Assembly (NCBI RefSeq): GCF_001194135.2
Contig: NC_069000.1
Span: forward strand, 32,835,534-32,867,546
From: Octopus bimaculoides
Lineage: Eukaryota
Reading direction: 5' to 3'
Length of the DNA stretch: 32,013 nucleotides
Part shown: positions 11,518 to 22,877 of the stretch, piece by piece
Position numbering within the stretch: the first letter of the stretch is position 1
Layout: every line of letters starts with the position of its first letter
Translations under genes and position numbers: made by a program
The notes under the pieces: generated by a model
What the model was told of the DNA's origin: nothing
Database searches by the model: none
Seen by the model: only the letters and a program-made list of their open reading frames with translations

Positions 11518-12284
11518 TATGCTATAGTATCGAGTATGGGTTATATAAGATTTAGTTTTGCGATATTTGATTTGAGTCATTCGAGTCATGCTTGATATTC
11601 GGGGTGTGTTTGGTGTTAGACTAAAGTGGTCGGTGATTGTGGAGTTTATATGCTCTGCAGGGTATATTTTGTTATTTTTTTTTTTTTTTACGATTGTGTA
11701 GTATCTGAGATATTTGAAGAATGTGTTATAATGTTAGGTGTTGGATTCGCAAGGATGTAAGTGGCGTTCATTGATTCAGTTGGGTGTGCGTAGATTACGC
11801 ATTGTTTGGCTGGGATATATATTGTTTAGTAGTAATTCCGAAGACATCGCGATGCGTGGTTTGCGTTTTATTATTGGCTGGTTATTAGTGTAGTTATTAT
11901 TGTAAGTAGTATAAATAATATTACCGCCTTGATGATCAAAAGCCTTCATATCATACTCATATTGTCAAATGTTTCATTCATATCAAGAACCGAGCAGCAA
12001 CAAAAGCGAGAATTGTTTGAAGTTTAGACAATATACGGTTTAGTTAGAATCATCTAAAAGCTAATATTCTGTAATTAATACCAAAATGTTTTACATTTAC
12101 AGATCTGTTATTCTCAAATGCTATCTATTTCGGCCTGGTTTTCCTATTGAAGTCCACTTGAGAGGCATTTCCTTCCAGTATTATACGTTCTGGTATTCAT
12201 ACACAAGCATAGAAAAATTCACTAAACGAAAGCATCTTATCTCACTTAAATTTTTACTACTAAAATATGTGTACATAAGCACAC

Positions 12285-12326
<42 letters not shown>

Positions 12327-13079
12327 ACAATTATGAATACATATACATACATGTATATATATATGTATGTATAAGAAATGTGTGTGTGTGTGTATACATA
12401 CATAGCCAGATCGAACATTAGGCATAAATAATAAAGCAACAAAAGAACGTACAAATGGAATGTAATAATANNNNNNNNNNNNNNNNNNNNNNNNNNNNNN
12501 NNNNNNNNNNNNNNNNNNNNNNNNNNNNNNNNNNNNNNNNNNNNNNNNNNNNNNNNNNNNNNNNNNNNNNNNNNNNNNNNNNNNNNNNNNNNNNNNNNNN
12601 NNNNNNNNNNNNNNNNNNNNNNNNNNNNNNNNNNNNNNNNNNNNNNNNNNNNNNNNNNNNNNNNNNNNNNNNNNNNNNNNNNNNNNNNNNNNNNNNNNNN
12701 NNNNNNNNNNNNNNNNNNNNNNNNNNNNNNNNNNNNNNNNNNNNNNNNNNNNNNNNNNNNNNNNNNNNNNNNNNNNNNNNNNNNNNNNNNNNNNNNNNNN
12801 NNNNNNNNNNNNNNNNNNNNNNNNNNNNNNNNNNNNNNNNNNNNNNNNNNNNNNNNNNNNNNNNNNNNNNNNNNNNNNNNNNNNNNNNNNNNNNNNNNNN
12901 NNNNNNNNNNNNNNNNNNNNNNNNNNNNNNNNNNNNNNNNNNNNNNNNNNNNNNNNNNNNNNNNNNNNNNNNNNNNNNNNNNNNNNNNNNNNNNNNNNNN
13001 NNNNNNNNNNNNNNNNNNNNNTGTAAAAACACTCACACCGGTTGTGAAACACAGAAACAAAGACGCGCGCGTGCACACG

Positions 13080-13711
13080 CAGTGAAAGAATGTTATTTTC
13101 TCGGACGAGTCATCCTTTACCTTATTTCCGACCACCGGCCGAGTATACACGTGGCGACAGCCAAAAGAAGCATTTGACCCAGACCGCATGGAGGAGGATC
13201 TGTGATGATCTGGTGGGCTATATCTTAGAAATCCGCCGGCCCAATGGTTTTCCCTCAAGGCAAAATTAATAGTGAAGACTATTTAAGCATTTTATCTGAT
13301 CAAATTCATCCTATGGCTGCGGAACTGTTTCAAGAGAGAAACGCAATCTTTCAGGATAATAATGCATCGATTGACACACCTAAAGTTGTTACTGAATGGC
13401 ACGAGGAACATTCTAGTAAAGTTGAACACCTTATGTGGCCACCACAGGCCTCAGATCTCAATATTATTGAACATTTATAGTGCATTTTAGAAAAACAAGT
13501 AAGGAGTCGATATCTTCCACCATCATCACTACAAGAACTTGAGACTGTTTTAGGTGAAGAATGGACAAAATTCCTTTGGAAACAATTCAAACTCTGTACG
13601 TGTTCATACGTAAAATTCAAGCTATAATTACTGCCAAAGGGGTTCGCACCCCATATTAAAATATATTTGTTTGAAATTTTAAGGTGTTTCCATTATTTTG
13701 TCCAACCCCTG
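13080..13711 (+). mobile_element. Tc1-family DNA transposon, 3' half with right TIR; DD36E spacing (Incomer-like); inactive
   Basis: KNVIFSDESSFTLFPTTGRVYTWRQPKEAFDPD/HGGGSVMIW...IFQDNNASIDTPKVVTEWHEEHSSKVEHLMWPPQASDLNIIEHL*...IITAKGVRTPY* (stop ends 13659). TIR aaggtgtttccattattttgtccaacccctg at 13681-13711, followed by TA. The left part is presumably in the gap 12471-13021. Confidence 0.93.
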
Positions 13712-13716
13712 TATAT

Positions 13717-13847
13717 ACGACAGGCTTCTTTGAGTTTCCGTCTACCAAATCTATTCACAAGTGTTTGGTCGAACCGGCGCTGTAGTAGAAAACATTTGCT
13801 CCAGATATCACACAGTGTGGTTGAACCAAACTTCTTATCACACAGCC
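13717..13847 (-). mobile_element. tRNA-derived SINE, family B
   Basis: The + strand acgacaggcttctttgagtttccgtctaccaaatc...gtagtagaaaacatttgc...cacacagcc is homologous to 24653-24820. A further partial copy lies at about 13875-13945. Confidence 0.75.
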
Positions 13848-16339
13848 TTGTCTGCGTTACGTTAAAGAGAAGAAAACACTTGTCTAAGATGCCACACAGT
13901 GAGAATGAATTAGAGCTCCTTACGATCGTGAAATAGCATTCTTAGCAATTTGACAACATTGCATGCGTGCGTAGACGTATAGAAAGGTATGTATGTGTAC
14001 GTATATATGTATGTGTGTGTGTGTGTGTATGTGTGTGTGTGTGTGTGTACGTAAATACATTTGTATTTATGCATAGATAATTATCGGTGAAAGCATTGAT
14101 GTCATCGTCGTCACCATTGTACCTCCAATATATTATTTGAGTGTATTCATGCATATATTGTAAAATGAGTTTCTTGTTGCATTTACGGCATTGGCACATC
14201 TGAACGCAGAATGAATTTCATGTAGAATCGTCACTTGTTCTACTTCTCATTGTATTCTTCCTCCCTACCTCTTTGTATTCTCCATCTCTCTCATTCTGTC
14301 TCTCCCTCTCTTTCTCCCTTCCTCTCTTTCTCCCTTCCTCTCTTTCTATACACTAACTTGTGTCTCACTTTGACGTCCCACTGAAATAACTCGCAAAATG
14401 AGTGGTGGACTGTGATATGAAACCTGGATATACCACTATTTTTTCTGGTAGCTATTCATACTGAAAGTATGGTGAATTTCTGGTGGCGAGTAGTACTAGG
14501 AAAAAACCATTCTGACTTTAAACTACTATCAAGCTCCTATTCACTTTGATAGCTAAAAGAACTAACAAGTGGAATGTGGACTGAGAAATAGATTATACCA
14601 AATTCATCAACCTCCAACTTACTCTTTGCTCTGACAACTAAGAGAACTGACTGCTAGACGGTGGCTTGACAAGTGGACAATTTCAATTTGTTTTACTCCT
14701 TGTTCACCGTAACAATTAGATGAACGAATTGGTGGGCTTTGACCTGTAAAGTGGACATTCCTACCGCGTTTTGCGCTTTTTTCAAAGTGACACTTAAATA
14801 AACTTAGTGAAGGACAGTGGTTCAGGAGCGGGGCATTCCTAGACAGATGTACAGCTATTCACTTTGATATCTAGATGACCTAAAAGTACAATATCGTATG
14901 TATGGAAATTGTGATGATGTTTGGTCGATAACTGATGAGGGTTTGAGCATGTCCGCGTCAGTTGTGTGTGGAGTTTTTTGTGTTTTTTCAGTATATTCTT
15001 CTGTCGTCGCCCTATGCAAGCCTTTTATTAGAATATGTTCAGTTTCACAAAATAGAATAAACTACCAGTAACAGATCTGAACTCGTAACCTACGAAAAAA
15101 TCGTTTGGTTCTTTATTGCTATGAACATCCGATATCTATATTATTTAAGACGGAATAGCTTCAAGATTTAATGAGCAGCTTCGAAATACGATTATCGACC
15201 TCCACAGCAAAGATAATTAATCTTTATGAATTGGTTTCGTTTAATTTTTTCATCCGTGCTTTTCTATATCTATATTTTTTCCTCACATGGTTATCAAAGT
15301 AATGCGTTTATTTATTGTTCACTTTGTTGTTGTTACTTTTTCTTTATTTTTATACGAATGTTTACACTTTGTGTTTAATGTCCCTCCCTACCTCCATCGT
15401 TACCAACACCACCGTCATCGTCATCACGATCACACCCAATTTTCTTCAAAAGCAAATTCAGACTTCCCCTACCAACACTTGACTACTAATACCTTAGCAA
15501 CAAGTTCTTAAGATCATAAATAATCAATTTTTTTATTCTAGTTTGTGCAATTGACTTTTTCTTCTTCTTCATTTATTAATGTGTTGTTATTCCGACATAC
15601 TTTATCAAATGTTATTCGAACAATTTTAATAGGAACTAAAATATCTAAACAATTTCAATGACAGTTTGCATTCTAGCCGATAAAAATATATTAATAAAAA
15701 CGAAGTCTGCAAACGGAAAATTTGAAAGATGATAACTAAATAAAATATTAGATTTTTGGAATGACGTGTCTATAATGAATCTTACTAATTTCTTACGTAA
15801 GTCTATAAATAACATAATTTTTGAAGGGTGGGGTAAATTATTTTATGTTGTTTTATTTTAAATATAATCGGATATAACAATCCATTGCTAGCCGTATCTG
15901 TCTTTGGTGAACCCTTTGACTTTTTAAAGCCGAGATGCTATCTTGATTCTGGTTGCCAGCTGAGTAAACTAGAGTAACATGTGGCAAAATGTCTTGCCCA
16001 ACGGACTGAGAGAGGAACATATAATATGATGATCGTAAACTCAGTTACTTAAACAGTAGGCAAAGCGCATTCCTAGAGAGAATATCGCATACCCACTAAT
16101 ACTTGACTCGTAGTTGTATTGAAGTTGATATATGTCACAAAGCATTCTATTGAATGCCTTAAGAATTTCATCAGTTTCTGGTTTCCTCCTATTTACTCTC
16201 CTTTGCACCATCGGCTTCCTTTCGTTCTTGCGACAGCAATGTACTTTAACCGATGTGTTTCTTAACTTGTCGTTAGAGTGCCAACGTCGAGTGAAATCTT
16301 GGACAGCCTAGCCAATTCTAAGAGAGTTAACGGAGAGCA

Positions 16340-16645
16340 AAAGCCAACTCAAATATTTCACTGATACCTTATTTTATCGAGATCGGAAGGATCAAAGCCA
16401 AAATCAATTTTGGTGGGATTTGACCACAAGAAGCAAATAGCCGGACCGATAATGAAGACTATTTCCCAGAAGGGGCTAATCGGTAAAATCGAACTCAGTA
16501 TTTTTACTGTTATTTATGTTATAGACTATTGAAGTTTGAAAGGTAAAGTCAATCGAGATCTCAACACGGAATGGAACGAGAAGTGGTTATATAATGGAAG
16601 ACATTTTATCCGAGACTGATGGTTCCGTCACTTCAGCGCCCTTTG
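16340..16645 (-). mobile_element. Two degenerate SINE family A fragments
   Basis: The + strand shows the reverse complement of the family body: gataccttattttatcgagatcggaaggatcaaagccaaaatcaattttggtgggatttgacc, and gaaaggtaaagtcaa...cagcgccctt. Confidence 0.55.
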
Positions 16646-17372
16646 TGACGAGATAATGTAAAAGCCGCTACGTGGTCGCGCATCCTGTTAAATATAGTAC
16701 CCAGTTCTCGTTCCAGTCATAAACTAATGTCATCCAAACATGAATAATCTAGCCTTTGACATGTTTCAGTAAAAGAGGGATTGGTTTTAATCAGAGCCAT
16801 TTTGATGTATTGTAAATTCTTAATTGTCCAGTTTTCAACGAGATATTCTCCACATTATTTTTCGAGTTGCTAAAAGTAACAGCTAAATATTCAGAAAAAC
16901 GGTTTTACTGTTTATGAATAAGCAGAACTTATTGGATAATACCGTCTTTCGAAATACAGAAAGGATCATCTAGGAAGATACGTATTTTGATCGCATATCT
17001 GCTCGATCATTGCTGATCTTTGACCAAAAAAAAAAGGAGAAAACAAGACCAACCAGTTAATAGCGACTTTTGATTTTTACCAAATGCAAGAAAACGGTTG
17101 GATTTGAAATCAGAACATAATACCACGTGAAACCCAGTGGTTCTTGCGATTCAACTGGCCACCATGCTTTTTAACATAGATTTTCACGCGCAGTTATTGT
17201 ATCGACTCTCCCAAGTATTTCGAACAAAGGTGAGCTTCACAGGGTTGTAACTGATAAATGACAAGTTAAATACGAACAAAAATTTGGAGGTTGTAGAAGA
17301 AATCATACAACAGTGTGAATATGTGTGTGTCAATTTACTTTGTATCTTCACATTGTTGTACGTTTGCCTGGG

Positions 17373-17403
<31 letters not shown>

Positions 17404-18454
17404 NNNNNNNNNNNNNNNNNNNNNNNNNNNNNNNNNNNNNNNNNNNNNNNNNNNNNNNNNNNNNNNNNNNNNNNNNNNNNNNNNNNNNNNNNNNNNNNNN
17501 NNNNNNNNNNNNNNNNNNNNNNNNNNNNNNNNNNNNNNNNNNNNNNNNNNNNNNNNNNNNNNNNNNNNNNNNNNNNNNNNNNNNNNNNNNNNNNNNNNNN
17601 NNNNNNNNNNNNNNNNNNNNNNNNNNNNNNNNNNNNNNNNNNNNNNNNNNNNNNNNNNNNNNNNNNNNNNNNNNNNNNNNNNNNNNNNNNNNNNNNNNNN
17701 NNNNNNNNNNNNNNNNNNNNNNNNNNNNNNNNNNNNNNNNNNNNNNNNNNNNNNNNNNNNNNNNNNNNNNNNNNNNNNNNNNNNNNNNNNNNNNNNNNNN
17801 NNNNNNNNNNNNNNNNNNNNNNNNNNNNNNNNNNNNNNNNNNNNNNNNNNNNNNNNNNNNNNNNNNNNNNNNNNNNNNNNNNNNNNNNNNNNNNNNNNNN
17901 NNNNNNNNNNNNNNNNNNNNNNNNNNNNNNNNNNNNNNNNNNNNNNNNNNNNNNNNNNNNNNNNNNNNNNNNNNNNNNNNNNNNNNNNNNNNNNNNNNNN
18001 NNNNNNNNNNNNNNNNNNNNNNNNNNNNNNNNNNNNNNNNNNNNNNNNNNNNNNNNNNNNNNNNNNNNNNNNNNNNNNNNNNNNNNNNNNNNNNNNNNNN
18101 NNNNNNNNNNNNNNNNNNNNNNNNNNNNNNNNNNNNNNNNNNNNNNNNNNNNNNNNNNNNNNNNNNNNNNNNNNNNNNNNNNNNNNNNNNNNNNNNNNNN
18201 NNNNNNNNNNNNGAGGTAAAATACTATGAAAGAAAACATAAATAAGGCAAATAAAATTGGATTTAAGTATAATTAACTTTTTATAAAAGAAGAAGCTATT
18301 TATATTTTAATTATGCTTAAATGCCAGAGCTCAACTCAAGGAATCTCACGGTATCAATCTCATGCAATGAAGTTTTAAAAGAAAAAAGTTATGAGTGTTT
18401 CTCAAATTTGAGGTCTATAATATAGTTCTATACTTTCTTTATGAATATAGTTCT

Positions 18455-19000
18455 ATAAAGGGACTTTTAATATATGTCACCGGCACCATTGTGGTAAGGA
18501 AAAAATTATCAACGTCACCACTAAATGATACATTTGACACGTTATTAATTAGCATAATAGCATAGCCTGGAAAACATGGATTACATGAAAAAATACGAGC
18601 AAGAGAAATAATATTTTTAAGATTAAAAACCTGGAAAATTACTGACGTTATTACACTTGGAAAAGTCCAGGACAAGTTATTACATCTGGTAAAGTACAGA
18701 ACAAGAAATTCTTTACTTAAGATATCCCAGCTAAGGATAACATTTGAATATTAGAATAATTTGATTTTAAATTACAAAGTAACATTATAATTAAAAAAGG
18801 TACCTTCATTTTGTTAAAATATTGACACACCAGCATACTGAAAAAATGAGAGTCAGAAGTACCAATATTGCAAATGTTTTATGCAAAGTGGAATAGCATA
18901 TATGGTAGGCAAAAAACGTTATGTAAAAGATAGGCATTGTTCAAGACTATAAATATGAAGATTTGGCAATAACGTAAGCAATACCTGAAACAAATTTTAC
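18455..19000 (+). mobile_element. Highly decayed DDE integrase (Gypsy LTR or Ginger type)
   Basis: From 18475: CHRHHCGKEKIINVTTK*YI*HVIN*HNSIAWKTWIT*. This has the spacing of the H-x2-H-x-G-x-EK-x10-W...C-x2-C zinc finger, with TGA/TGG at the W and C positions. Downstream IDT-like and W-x-S-x-YG-x-x-K-like core motifs are visible. Confidence 0.5.
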
Positions 19001-19631
19001 TGTGAATTTGTTGTTATAGGTAGATTTTACTGTAATATATAGCTAATTTTTGTATTATTGTATTTATTGTTCTAACTAAATTTTTATTATTGTATTTATT
19101 GTTCTAACAATTATATTTTATCACCTATTTCCAAATTTCTAGTTATTAACTAATAATTATCATAATGAAGATTTTTAAAGTGCAAAAGATATTTTGAACT
19201 ATTATTTTATTTTTAATAGAAGTAACAAGTAATAACAAATTGAAGTAATAACTTGTAATAAAATGTTTAGCTTTAATAAAAGCTAATATTTTCCAAAAAC
19301 TTTTCCAGGTTTATAATCTTGCTCGCATTTTCCATGTAATACTAATATGTGTGTGTACGAGCTGAATACATGAAAGAATATACTCAGAATACACGTAAAC
19401 CGATGCGTTTCATGTAGGATAGTAAAATTGTCGCAAAGAAAAAGAAGTAAATTATTGCACTCTAACAGCGAGCAGAGTCATTCTGCATTTAGGACCGACT
19501 ACATATACACAGAAACACGTAAGTACTTCAGTGTTCTTATAGAGTTAATTCTGTAAAGATGATTTCGTTTCGAAAAAACAACAGAACCATAAATAACACC
19601 TGAATAGTAACATTAATATCTTCCGTAAACA

Positions 19632-20030
19632 AAGGCGGCGAGCTGGCAGAAACGTTAGCACACCGGGCGAAATGCTTAGCAGTGTTTCGTTTGCCGTTAC
19701 GTTCTGAGTTCAAATTCCGCCGAAGTCGACTTTGCCTTTCATTCTGTCGATAAATTAAGTACCAGTTACGCACTGGTGTCGATGTAATCGACTTAATCCC
19801 TTTGTCTGTCCTTGTTTGTCCCCTTTATGTTTAGCCCCTTGTAGGCAATAAAGAAATAAGGAACGTTAGCACGCCGGGCGAAATGCTAAACTGTATTTCG
19901 TCTGTTTTACGTACTGAGTTCAAATTCCACCGAGGTTGACTTAGCCTTACCAGTTGTGTACTGGGACGATCAAATCAACTGGAACCCTCCACCAAAATTG
20001 CGATCCTTGTGCTTAGATTAGAAAAGAATA
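19632..20030 (+). mobile_element. Tandem SINE family A: near-complete copy (19632-19860) plus internally deleted copy (19861-20030)
   Basis: aaggcggcgagctggcagaaacgttagcacaccgggcgaaatgcttagc...gagttcaaattccgccg...gtcgatgtaatcgac...aataaagaaataag, then a restart at gaacgttagcacgccgggcgaaatg. Confidence 0.9.
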
Positions 20031-20621
20031 TCTTCCCTAAACAAACATTTTGTTTGTCTATTCTTCCGTATACTTTAGACTTTATAACAAGCTCGGCATC
20101 GCTGTCTCTATATTTTATATGAAAGTGTTCTGTAATATATTTGCGTGCATGTGTATGTAAATAGAGAGAGGGCGGAGAGAGAGAATTAAAATACATGGCA
20201 GAATAATAAATATATGATGCCTGTTCCATCTATCCACCACTACCACCACCACCAAACAATTCTTTCCTTTCTTGTCCTTACAAGAGAATATAATGAATGA
20301 GTGAAGAGAAGAAAGAAGAAAGTCGCAAAGAGAAGTCAATGAATGGTTGAGACGTTGTTGCTTAAGTCCCAAATGAACAGATGACATTTTCATACAATAT
20401 TCTCCCGATAGGAATGACATGCGAGCATCTCTAAGTCATTTGAAAGATAGAATAAAACAAACATAAAGTAAATTATGTTAAAACTGAATTTCTCCAAGGA
20501 AGGTGAAAACCTTGACGTATAAGGCATTTATTTTTATTAATAATTTATATTGTTGCCTTGTTATTTCTAAATTTATTTGTTCGTTATTATAACTCTATTA
20601 TTATCATTATTATTATCATCA

Positions 20622-20674
<53 letters not shown>

Positions 20675-20993
20675 GTATCCAACAAAAGTGTTTGCTACTA
20701 TTATTGTTAATCTTACTGTTATATTATAAATGTTATGATCCTTAACTTATTACCATTAATGCGATATTTATTCTTATCATCATCAAATATTACGTTACAG
20801 AAATCAATATTGAAAAACAAAGCAAAAATGAATTTCATGATTGATTTCCCCTTTGTACTCTTCGTGAATTGCCCCCACTGCTTTTTTTTTCTTTTATTTC
20901 TCCTTTCTAATGTTTCCGACGTCTTCGGCCCTTGTAGTTAGATCATCTTCATCATCATCATCATCATCATCATCATTATTATTATTATTGTTT

Positions 20994-21208
20994 AAGGTAA
21001 CGAGCTGGCACAATCATTAGCACGCTGGACGAAATGCTTAGCGGTATTTCGTCTGCCGTTATGTTTTGAGTTCAAAGTTCGGCGAGGTCGACTTCGCTTT
21101 TCATCCTTTGGGGCCGATAAATTAAGTACCAGTTGAGTTCTAGGGCTGATGTAATCGACGATTCTTCCTCTCCAATTTCAGGCCTTGTGCCTATAGTAGT
21201 AAAAAGTA
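20994..21208 (+). mobile_element. tRNA-derived SINE, family A
   Basis: aaggtaacgagctggcacaatcattagc...gagttcaaagtt...aagtaccagttg...tttcaggccttgtgcctatagtag. Confidence 0.88.
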
Positions 21209-21250
21209 TTATTATTATTGTTATTATTATTATTGTTTTTGTTGTTATTT

Positions 21251-21468
21251 AAGGCAACGAGCTGGCAGAATCATTAGCACGCTGGACAAAATGTTTAGCA
21301 GTATTTCGTCTGCTGCGACGTTCTGAGTTCAAACTTCAACGAGGTCGACCATGCCTTTTATCCTTTCGGGATAGATAAATTGAGTACCAGTGGAACACTG
21401 GGGACGATGTAATCGACTAGTCCCCTTCCCAATAGTTTCAAGCCTTGCGCCTTTAGTAGAAGGGATTA
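21251..21468 (+). mobile_element. tRNA-derived SINE, family A
   Basis: aaggcaacgagctggcagaatcattagc...gagttcaaactt...gatgtaatcgactag...gccttgcgcctttagtagaaggg. Confidence 0.88.
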
Positions 21469-21470
21469 TT

Positions 21471-21720
21471 ATTACACCCGCCTTAGCGAAGGCTGAGGTA
21501 TTTTTTCAGTTGTGTTTGTTTCTTTGTCCGTGGACAAAGTATCTCAACCGTTGGATGGATTCAATTCGCATGAAACCTTCATGGATGTTTGGCCTCGTGC
21601 CTAGCACGGACTGATTAGATTTTGGGAAAGGACAAGGATTCTGGATTATTTTTCCTGTCTCTTTACTTAATTTCTGAGAGCAGTCGGGTTCATTTCTAGT
21701 ATTCTCGTTTGTGACAGCAG
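21471..21720 (+). mobile_element. Non-autonomous Helentron-type element (HINE/DINE-1-like)
   Basis: Begins ttattacacccgccttagcgaaggctgaggtatt (5' hairpin), followed by a GTTT/GTCC microsatellite and ggatggattc...atgaaac...gattagattttggg. Resembles recalled HINE architecture; the 3' boundary is approximate. Confidence 0.5.
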
Positions 21721-21769
21721 TCGAGTTTATTTCAGATATTCTCATTTTAAAAATCATCTCCGGTTAATC

Positions 21770-21955
21770 GTTGAGAGACCGTTGGAGTCGATAGCGTGTC
21801 GGAGAAGATGTTTACCGGTATTTTTTCCGGCTCTTTACGTTCTGAACTCGAATTCCGCCGAGATGAACTTCACTATTCTCTTTTTCGGAGTCGAAAAAGT
21901 AGGAGCAGCTAAATGCAGGGAGCCGGGGAGCAATGTAATCGACTTACCTGTTCCG
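21770..21955 (+). mobile_element. SINE family A, degenerate
   Basis: ggtatttt...tttacgttctgaactcgaattccgccgag...caatgtaatcgacttacc. Confidence 0.6.
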
Positions 21956-21975
21956 CTTAAACAATTCTTCTTCTT

Positions 21976-22001
21976 ATTATTATTATTATTATTATTATTA
22001 T

Positions 22002-22053
<52 letters not shown>

Positions 22054-22056
22054 AGT
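21976..22056. repeat. Compound (ATT)n-(AGT)n microsatellite
   Basis: Direct inspection; immediately precedes a SINE A head. Confidence 0.95.
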
Positions 22057-22262
22057 AAGGCGGCGAGCTAGCAGAATCGTTAGCACACCGGGCGAGCGAA
22101 ATGTTTAGCGGCATTTCGTCTGCCGTTACGTTCAAATTCCACCGAGGTCATCTTTTCCCTTTATCCTTTCAGGTTCGATTAAATAAGAACTAGTTACGCA
22201 GTGGGGTCGATGTAATCGACTTAATCCCTTCCCCCAAATGTGAGGCCTTGTGATTCCAGGAA
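22057..22262 (+). mobile_element. tRNA-derived SINE, family A
   Basis: aaggcggcgagctagcagaatcgttagcacaccgggcg...ggggtcgatgtaatcgacttaatccc...ggccttgtg. Confidence 0.9.
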
Positions 22263-22336
22263 AAAAATTGTTTTTAGTAGTAATTTTATGCAAATAAAAT
22301 GATTACATCATTTCGAAAGCAGCGTTGCCGTTAAAA

Positions 22337-22470
22337 CAGCAAAAATATTGGGTAAATTACCGTTAAAAGGTAGAAGATTTTGTCAATAATACACCATATG
22401 ACTCAAAACCATATCCCTCAAAGACTTCGGCTGAGTGCTTTACCATTCAGCAAAACCACCCGCTGACCAG
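22337..22470 (-). mobile_element. tRNA-derived SINE-like element, family C (tRNA head plus start of body)
   Basis: Minus strand gctgaatggtaaagcactcagc...ggttttgagtc (D-arm and T-arm-like), followed by ggtaatttacccaatatttttgctg, which is shared with the arms at 22503-22877. Confidence 0.5.
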
Positions 22471-22502
22471 TTTGTCCGCAGAATAAGACGCCAAATGTCT
22501 TA

Positions 22503-22877
22503 GTTTTATAGAACAAATATGCGTGCATAAATGTAAATAAACAAATATTTGCTTTTTATTAGAAGCGTCGAAATGTAAGTTGTACGATACAAGTTAGAAG
22601 ATGATATGTTTTCGAACGCAGAGTTGTTAGAATAGCAGAAATACTGCGTAAAGTACCCTTACAAAGCGGAAAAACTTATCAACAACCAGCCATGGGACTC
22701 GAACCCAGATCCATAGTAGGGGTAATTTACCCAGTATTTCTGCTGTTGTAAAGACAACTCAACGTTCGAAAAAATAGCGTCTTCTTATTTGTATCGTACA
22801 ATATACATTTCGACGCTTCTAATAAAAAATAACCAAATGTCTGTTTACATTTAAATACACGTGGTAGTTCTATGAAT
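22503..22877. repeat. Long inverted repeat (~155-bp arms, 61-nt spacer)
   Basis: Arms at 22503-22658 and 22720-22877, with a perfect 25-bp core (22553-22577 vs 22804-22828). Confidence 0.92.

Noticed and set aside
11520-11900. Strand-skewed, mostly open minus-strand frame suggestive of a LINE ORF1 remnant
   Set aside because: No diagnostic motif (no CCHC or RRM) visible in the window, so it cannot be assigned.
14925-14965. ctgatgag...gcgtc resembling a hammerhead
   Set aside because: No GAAA half-core, and stem I is out of register.
19053-19108. 24-bp direct repeat with 8-bp spacer; also short duplications at 2601-2620 and near 24850-24872
   Set aside because: Only two units each, consistent with local slippage duplications; not CRISPR-like arrays.
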